Part shown: positions 56,561 through 62,324 of the stretch, one piece after another
Layout of the letters: each line of letters opens with the position of its first letter
Numbering within the stretch: position 1 is the stretch's first letter
Assembly: GCA_947629405.1 (NCBI GenBank)
Contig: CANRDL010000001.1
Span: forward strand, 73,502 to 135,825
Length of the DNA: 62,324 nucleotides
Source: an uncultured Bacilli bacterium
GTDB lineage: Bacteria > Bacillota_I > Bacilli_A > RF39 > UBA660
Direction of reading: 5' to 3'
The notes under the pieces: model-generated
Seen by the model: only the letters and a program-made list of their open reading frames with translations
Told to the model about the DNA's origin: nothing
Databases searched by the model: none
Translations under genes and position numbers: made by a program

Positions 56561-59500
56561 ATGAAATTAGATACTATTTATACTTATTTTAGTGATTATT
56601 CAGAAGAAAATGTAAATAAAATGTTATCATTTCTAACTGATAAAGAAATGGAGTTAATTAAAATTAGGTTTGGAAATAACTTAAAGGAGCAATTAGATAG
56701 TCAAAACGTTCCTAAAAAAGTTAATACTTCGAAATTTTATAATGAATTTTATAAATCACTAGTTCCAAAAATGAGAAATATTCTTAAAGAACTTACTAAA
56801 AATAATAATTTTTCTGAAGAAAAAATTAACGCTGCTATTAAATTATATTATAAAATTCATAAAAATTTATTTGTTTCTGATGATTTAGTTTATAATAGAG
56901 TGAAAATTGGTAAATATCTTCTTTCTAAAAAAAAGGAATATCATAATAAGACTATAGATATTGAATCATTTATTTTTCTTGACTCTTTAAATATGATATG
57001 GGATATAAATAAATTTAATTTAATAAATAGCTTAAAGTATCTAACAAATATAAAATCAGAATTATTATCTACTTTAAATAAAATTGTAAATAATTATGAT
57101 GAAAGTTCTATTGCCCATTTATTAGTTTTTCTTTATAAAAATAAACTAAATAATTATACCTTTTTAAATTGTTTATACGATGCCTCAGTAATATGTCCAA
57201 TTTTGAACAAAAAATTAACTGATGAGGAATACAAAATTTCAATTTTATATTTTAATAATATTGATTTAAATATTATTTTAAACGCATTTAATATTACCAA
57301 AGAAGAATTTAATAATATTAGAAAAAAATCATTAGATATTATTGTAAATAATTCTAGGTTATTAAAAATTAATTTAATTAATAAATCTTTGAAAAATATT
57401 AAACCAATATCAATTGAAAAAACAAAAGATCAAAATTTAAAGATAGATAATTTTAAACCAATTAATAAAAAAGTTACTAAATCTGTCCAACCTGAAAAAA
57501 TAGAAAATAAAAATTTAAATTTAGGTAATACTCCACAAATTAATCATAATGTAAAATCAAGTAAAAAATCTGGTCCAAAATTAAAGAGTATATATGAGCG
57601 ACTATCAGAATATCCACGTGAAAAAGTTGATGAAGTATTAGATAAATTATCCCAGTACGATAAAGAACTACTTAAAATTAACTATGGTGAAGATTTAGAG
57701 CATCCGAAAAGAAATTCAAATTGTAGTAAATATCAAAAAAATAAACTAAATAATATTCTTATACCCAAAATGAAAGATGCTTTAGAAAATCCTGAAAATA
57801 TTGATAGTATTTTAGCTCAAAAAAGTGGGACAAAATTAAAAAGTATATATGAGCGACTATCAGAATATCCTCGAGAAAAAGTTGATGAAGTATTAGATAA
57901 ATTATCTTCGAAAGATAAAGAATTAATTAAAATGAGCTATGGTGAGGATTTAGATAATCCTAAAAGGAATCCAAATTTTAGTCAATATCAAAGAAATAAG
58001 TTAAATATTATTCTTATACCCAAAATGAAAGATGCTTTAGAAAATCCCGAAAATATTGAAAATATATTTGCTAAAAAATCTGGTCCAAAATTAAAAAGTA
58101 TATATGAACGACTATCAGAATATCCTCGAGAAAAAGTTGATGAAGTATTAGATAAATTACCTTCAGAAGATGAAGAATTAATTAAAATGAGCTATGGTGA
58201 AGATTTAGATAATCCTAAAAGAAGTAAAGAGTTTAATGCTTTATACTCGACTAAATTAAATAATATTCTTATACCCAAAATGAAAGAGGCTTTAGAAAAT
58301 CCGGAAAATATCGATAATATATTTGCTCGAAAAAAACGTAATAAAAAATTAAAAAGTATATATGAACGATTTTCAGAATATTCACGTGAACAAGTTGATG
58401 AAGTATTAGACAAGTTACCTCAAAAAGACGAAGAATTAATTAAAATGGGCTATGGTGAAGATTTAGATCATCCGAAAAGAGATCCTAATTTTAGTCAATA
58501 TCAAAAAAATAAACTAAATAATATTCTTATACCCAAAATGAGAGAGGCTTTAGAAAATCCTAAAAATATTGAAAATACATTTGCTAAAAAAGGTGGTCTA
58601 AAATTAAAAAGTATATATGAACGACTATCAGAATATCCTCGAGAAAAAGTTGATGAAGTATTAGATAAATTACCTTCAGAAGATAAAGAATTAATTAAAA
58701 TTTGTTATGGTGAAGATTTAGATCATCCTAAAAGAGGGGAAAAATTTAATCATTGTAATAAAAATAAATTAAATAATATTCTTATACCCAAAATGAGAGA
58801 AGCTTTAGAAAATCCCGAAAATATTGATAATATATTTGTTCGAAGAAAAAGTGGACCAAAATTAAAAAGTATATATGAACGATTTTCAGAATATTCACGT
58901 GAACAAGTTGATGAAGTATTAGATAAGTTATCTCCAAAAGACGAAGAATTAATTAAAATATGCTATGGTGAAGATTTAGATCATCCTAAAAGAAGTAAAA
59001 AATTTGAAAATTTTCATTCATACAGAATAAATAATATTCTTATTCCAAAAATAAAAGAGGCTTTAGAAAATCCTGAAAATATTGATAATATATTTACTCA
59101 AGAAAGTTATGAAAAACTAAAAAGTATATATGAACGACTATCAGAATATTCACGTGAACAAGTTGATGAAGTATTAGATAAATTACCTTCATATGATAAA
59201 GAATTAATTAAGTTATGTTATGGTGAGGATTTAGATCACCCTAAAAGAGATCTGAGTTTTAAACGATATCATAAAAATAAACTAAATAATACTCTAATAC
59301 CAAAAATGAAAGAAGCTTTAGAAAATCCGGAAAAAATTGATAATATATTGACTAAAAAAGGTGGTCCAAAGTTAAAAAATATATATGAACGATTATCAAA
59401 ATATCCTAGAGAAAAAGTTGATGAAGTATTAGACAAGTTACCTCCAAAAGACAAGAAAATAATTAAGATGTGTTATGGTGAAGATTTAGAGCATCCGAAA

Positions 59501-61207
59501 AGAGATCCGAATTTTAGTATATATCATAAAAATAAACTAAATAGTACTATTATACCTCAAATGAGAGAAGCATTAGAAAACCCTGAAAATATTGATAATA
59601 TATTTGCTCAAAAAAATGGTTCAAAACTAAAAAGTATATATGAACGACTATCAGAATATCCACGTGAACAAATTGATGAAGTACTAGATAAGTTACCTCC
59701 AAAAGACGAAGAATTAATTAAAATATGTTATGGCGAAGATTTAGATCATCCTAAAAGAAGTAAAGAGTTTAAAGTCAATCATTCAAGTAAACTAAATAGA
59801 ATTCTTATACCTCAAATGAAAGAAGCTTTAGAAAATCCTAAAAATATCGATAATATATTTGCTCAAAAAAGTGGGACAAAATTAAAAAGTATATATGAGC
59901 GACTTTCAGAATATCCACGTGAGAAAGTTGATGAAGTATTAGACAAGTTATCTTCAAATGATAAAAAATTAATTAAGTTATGTTATGGTGAAGATTTAGA
60001 TCATCCTAAAAGAAGTGAAAATTTTGTTATTTCTAATTCAGTTAATTTAAATATATCAATTTTACCAAAGATAAGAAAAGCTTTAGAAGATCCTAAAAAT
60101 ATTGATAATATATTAGCTCCAAAAAAATGTGGACCAAAATTAAAAAGTATATATGAACGATTTTCAGAATATTCACGTGAACAAATTGATGAAGTATTAG
60201 ACAAGTTACCTCCAAAAGACGAAGAATTAATTAAAATTTGTTATGGTGAAGATTTAGAGCATCCTAAAAGAAATCCAAGTTTTAGTCGTTATCATAAAAC
60301 TAAACTAAACAATAATCTTATACCTCAAATGAAAGAAGCTTTAGAAAACCCTGAAAATATTGATAATATATTTGCTCAAAAAAGTGGGACAAAATTAAAA
60401 AGTATATATGAACGGTTATCCAAATATCCACGTGAACAAATTGATGAAGTACTAGATAAGTTACCTCCAAAAGACGAAGAATTAATTAAAATATGTTATG
60501 GCGAAGATTTAGATAATCCCAAAAGAAGTAAAGAATTTGAAAAAATTCATTCATACAGAATAAATAATATTCTTTTACCAAAGCTGAGAAAAATTTTAGA
60601 AGATCCTGAAAATATTGATAGCATATTAACAAAAAAATGTGGTCCAAAATTAAAAAGTATATATGAACGACTATCAGAATATCCTCGAGAAAAAGTTGAT
60701 GAAGTATTAGACAAGTTACCTCCAAAAGACAAGGAAATAATTAAAATATGTTATGGTGAGGATTTAGATCACCCTAAAAGAGATCCAAGTTTTAGTTTAT
60801 ATCATAAAAATAAACTAAATAATATTCTTATACCAAAAATTAAAAAAAATTTAGAAAATAAAAATAAAATAAATTATGAATACAAATTATCTCCAAATTC
60901 AACAGATACTAAATTAAAAAATATCATAATAGAAAATGATTTGAAATTAAACAATTTTGGAATATTATTAACCGGTGAATTAAATAACGATGAATTATTA
61001 ATAGCGTTATTAAAATTTGGGGTTAATATTTCTATAAAAGACATAGCTAATTATTTAAATATTAAGGAAATGGATGTAAAAAAAATCATTAAAAAAGTTT
61101 TAATAATATATAAAAAGAATATTAATCAATATATAGATAATATTGTTAAGGATATTGAAAATAATAAAGAACCTTTTGATGAAAGTAATATACATTTATT
61201 AAAATAA
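56561..61207 (+). CDS. 1548-aa repeat protein: a diverged N-terminal unit, a helical region with an HTH-like segment, 13 tandem 85-86-aa sigma-70-region-4-like modules, and a C-terminal region-4-like HTH
   Basis: A single uninterrupted ORF with a GAGGGA ribosome-binding site. No signal peptide or TM helix is present. The unit consensus is KLKSIYERLSEYPREKVDEVLDKLPPKDEELIKICYGEDLDHPKR-x10-LNNILIPKMKEALENPENIDNIFAQKSG. The C-terminal ISIKDIANYLNIKEMDVKKIIKKVL is HTH-like. Confidence 0.8.
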   Translation: MKLDTIYTYFSDYSEENVNKMLSFLTDKEMELIKIRFGNNLKEQLDSQNVPKKVNTSKFYNEFYKSLVPKMRNILKELTKNNNFSEEKINAAIKLYYKIHKNLFVSDDLVYNRVKIGKYLLSKKKEYHNKTIDIESFIFLDSLNMIWDINKFNLINSLKYLTNIKSELLSTLNKIVNNYDESSIAHLLVFLYKNKLNNYTFLNCLYDASVICPILNKKLTDEEYKISILYFNNIDLNIILNAFNITKEEFNNIRKKSLDIIVNNSRLLKINLINKSLKNIKPISIEKTKDQNLKIDNFKPINKKVTKSVQPEKIENKNLNLGNTPQINHNVKSSKKSGPKLKSIYERLSEYPREKVDEVLDKLSQYDKELLKINYGEDLEHPKRNSNCSKYQKNKLNNILIPKMKDALENPENIDSILAQKSGTKLKSIYERLSEYPREKVDEVLDKLSSKDKELIKMSYGEDLDNPKRNPNFSQYQRNKLNIILIPKMKDALENPENIENIFAKKSGPKLKSIYERLSEYPREKVDEVLDKLPSEDEELIKMSYGEDLDNPKRSKEFNALYSTKLNNILIPKMKEALENPENIDNIFARKKRNKKLKSIYERFSEYSREQVDEVLDKLPQKDEELIKMGYGEDLDHPKRDPNFSQYQKNKLNNILIPKMREALENPKNIENTFAKKGGLKLKSIYERLSEYPREKVDEVLDKLPSEDKELIKICYGEDLDHPKRGEKFNHCNKNKLNNILIPKMREALENPENIDNIFVRRKSGPKLKSIYERFSEYSREQVDEVLDKLSPKDEELIKICYGEDLDHPKRSKKFENFHSYRINNILIPKIKEALENPENIDNIFTQESYEKLKSIYERLSEYSREQVDEVLDKLPSYDKELIKLCYGEDLDHPKRDLSFKRYHKNKLNNTLIPKMKEALENPEKIDNILTKKGGPKLKNIYERLSKYPREKVDEVLDKLPPKDKKIIKMCYGEDLEHPKRDPNFSIYHKNKLNSTIIPQMREALENPENIDNIFAQKNGSKLKSIYERLSEYPREQIDEVLDKLPPKDEELIKICYGEDLDHPKRSKEFKVNHSSKLNRILIPQMKEALENPKNIDNIFAQKSGTKLKSIYERLSEYPREKVDEVLDKLSSNDKKLIKLCYGEDLDHPKRSENFVISNSVNLNISILPKIRKALEDPKNIDNILAPKKCGPKLKSIYERFSEYSREQIDEVLDKLPPKDEELIKICYGEDLEHPKRNPSFSRYHKTKLNNNLIPQMKEALENPENIDNIFAQKSGTKLKSIYERLSKYPREQIDEVLDKLPPKDEELIKICYGEDLDNPKRSKEFEKIHSYRINNILLPKLRKILEDPENIDSILTKKCGPKLKSIYERLSEYPREKVDEVLDKLPPKDKEIIKICYGEDLDHPKRDPSFSLYHKNKLNNILIPKIKKNLENKNKINYEYKLSPNSTDTKLKNIIIENDLKLNNFGILLTGELNNDELLIALLKFGVNISIKDIANYLNIKEMDVKKIIKKVLIIYKKNINQYIDNIVKDIENNKEPFDESNIHLLK
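57569..60893 (+). repeat. 13 in-frame tandem repeats with a period of 255 nt (three units of 258 nt)
   Basis: Unit starts were read at 57569, 57824, 58079 ... 58592 ... 60638. The span from the first to the last start is 3069 nt, which equals 9x255 + 3x258. Confidence 0.9.
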
Positions 61208-61233
61208 TATTACCCTATTTTAAATTTATATAA

Positions 61234-61256
61234 AGCAGGAATAAAATCCTGCTTTT
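61234..61256 (+). terminator. intrinsic terminator after the giant repeat gene
   Basis: AGCAGGA-ATAAAA-TCCTGCT followed by TTT. Confidence 0.7.
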
Positions 61257-61333
61257 GTAATCTTTACTTTATAAATAATTATAAATATATTATAATTAAA
61301 TAACATAAGGCTAATAAACTATAAGGAGATAGA

Positions 61334-62056
61334 ATGAAAGATAAGATAAATAAATTTAAAGAATGGATAGAAGAAAGTGATAATATTGTCTTTTTTGGTG
61401 GGGCAGGCGTATCTACTGAAAGTGGTATTCCTGATTTTAGAAGTAAGGATGGTTTATATAATCAGCATTATAAATATCCACCAGAAGTAATACTTAGTCA
61501 TACATTTTTTATAAATAATACTGAGGAATTTTATTGTTTCTATAAATCTAAACTAAATAGTTTAAAATATAATCCTAATATTACTCATATTAAATTAGTA
61601 GAACTTGAAAAAAAAGGAAAACTACAAGCGATAGTAACTCAAAATATAGATGGGCTTCATCAAAAAGCAGAATCTAAAAAAGTTTTGGAATTACACGGAA
61701 GTATTTACAGAAATTATTGTATGAATTGCAAAAAATTTTATGATGCTAAATATGTATTTAAAAGTAAAGGTATTCCTAAATGTTCATGTGGAGGAATTAT
61801 CAAACCAGATGTAGTACTTTATGAAGAAGGGCTAGATGAAACAACTATAGAAAATGCCATTAGAGTAATTCAAAATGCCGACATGTTGATTATTGCGGGA
61901 ACTTCTTTAACTGTATATCCGGCAAGTAGTTTGATAAATTATTTCAAAGGCAAAAAATTAGTTTTAATTAATAAAGACAGTACTCCTTATGATAATAAAG
62001 CAGATTTAGTAATAAATGATAGTTTAGGAAAAGTTTTTTCTAAAATACAATTTTAA
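61334..62056 (+). CDS. cobB: NAD-dependent protein deacylase (Sir2 family)
   Basis: GAGVSTESGIPDFRS, QNIDGLH, the zinc ribbon CMNCKK...CSCGG, and GTSLTVYPA. Confidence 0.9.
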   Translation: MKDKINKFKEWIEESDNIVFFGGAGVSTESGIPDFRSKDGLYNQHYKYPPEVILSHTFFINNTEEFYCFYKSKLNSLKYNPNITHIKLVELEKKGKLQAIVTQNIDGLHQKAESKKVLELHGSIYRNYCMNCKKFYDAKYVFKSKGIPKCSCGGIIKPDVVLYEEGLDETTIENAIRVIQNADMLIIAGTSLTVYPASSLINYFKGKKLVLINKDSTPYDNKADLVINDSLGKVFSKIQF

Positions 62057-62148
62057 AAAATTTATAGATAATGATATAATATAATAAAATTTAATATAAA
62101 TTTGTATAGAATACTTTTAGTATAAAAATAAATTAGGATGGTATAAAT

Positions 62149-62324
62149 ATGTTTTATGTGGCACAATTATTTGGAATAATAGCATTAGTAGTTCTTGTAA
62201 TGAGTTTTCAAAAAGATAAAAAAGGTACTTTATTAAAATATCAAATATTTTCAAGTTTACTATTTGCTTTGCAGTATTTATTTTTAAATGCAATTTCAGG
62301 ATGTTTAATGAATTTAATGTCATT
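62149..62324 (+). CDS. YgjV-like inner membrane protein, 3' end cut by the window edge
   Basis: AGGATGG lies before ATG 62149. It translates to MFYVAQLFGIIALVVLVMSFQKDKKGTLLKYQIFSSLLFALQYLFLNAISGCLMNLMS, and the frame is open to the window end. This is preferred over the antisense ORF in the track. Confidence 0.5.
   Translation, partial: MFYVAQLFGIIALVVLVMSFQKDKKGTLLKYQIFSSLLFALQYLFLNAISGCLMNLMS

Noticed and set aside
58192-60732. Five antisense ORFs in the track (58192-58413, 59269-59454, 60001-60204, 60486-60725, 60547-60732) that have similar peptide sequences.
   Set aside because: They are shadows of the sense-strand repeat. Their similarity only reflects the repeated DNA. They have no ribosome-binding sites, and they lie inside a strongly supported long ORF.
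57569-60893. A regular 255-bp periodic repeat that could superficially suggest a CRISPR-like or satellite array.
   Set aside because: The repeats are contiguous with no unique spacers. They are far longer than CRISPR repeats and maintain one open reading frame of 1548 codons. It is a protein-coding tandem repeat.
62117-62323. Minus-strand ORF at the window end.
   Set aside because: The + strand has an RBS-preceded ATG at 62149 that opens a YgjV-like membrane protein running off the window. The minus ORF is its shadow.

Overview
This is an extremely AT-rich chromosomal segment (about a quarter G+C by eye, not computed) from a cell-walled, spore-forming Bacillota-type bacterium. The genetic code is standard: TGA is used as a stop and Trp is TGG. 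Most genes are housekeeping and lie on the + strand. They include era-yqzL-recO-glyQS; an NrtR-like regulator with a nucleotide-salvage operon; a Ser T-box driving an HD-domain gene plus serS; miaB; radC-mreC-mreD; tig; sigK (intact, with pro-sequence); murD-murE; and tRNA-Ala. They also include a surface-glycopolymer locus, ung, deoD, an M16 peptidase pair, tex, ruvAB, queA, tgt, rimM-trmD-rplS-lepB, CotF-like genes and a Sir2 deacylase. I saw no rRNA, CRISPR array, transposase or integrase. Three things stand out. (1) A 1548-aa protein (56561-61207) contains 13 tandem, near-identical 85-86-aa modules that resemble the first half of sigma-70 region 4. Each module carries a 10-residue hypervariable window, and the array is flanked by fuller HTH-like domains. 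(2) Two tandem surface-protein paralogs (37659-40307) share a 223-bp promoter and 5' module, and each has a G8 tract inside the promoter spacer. That is the classic look of slipped-strand phase variation, and G8 is extreme in a genome this AT-rich. (3) Regulatory RNA and operator logic: a canonical Ser T-box controls a SpoT-hydrolase-like HD protein with serS, the glyQS T-box is atypically compact, and a GTGTA-N5-TACAC operator occurs twice around the NrtR-like gene. All functional calls come from motif recognition by eye, and no database search was run.
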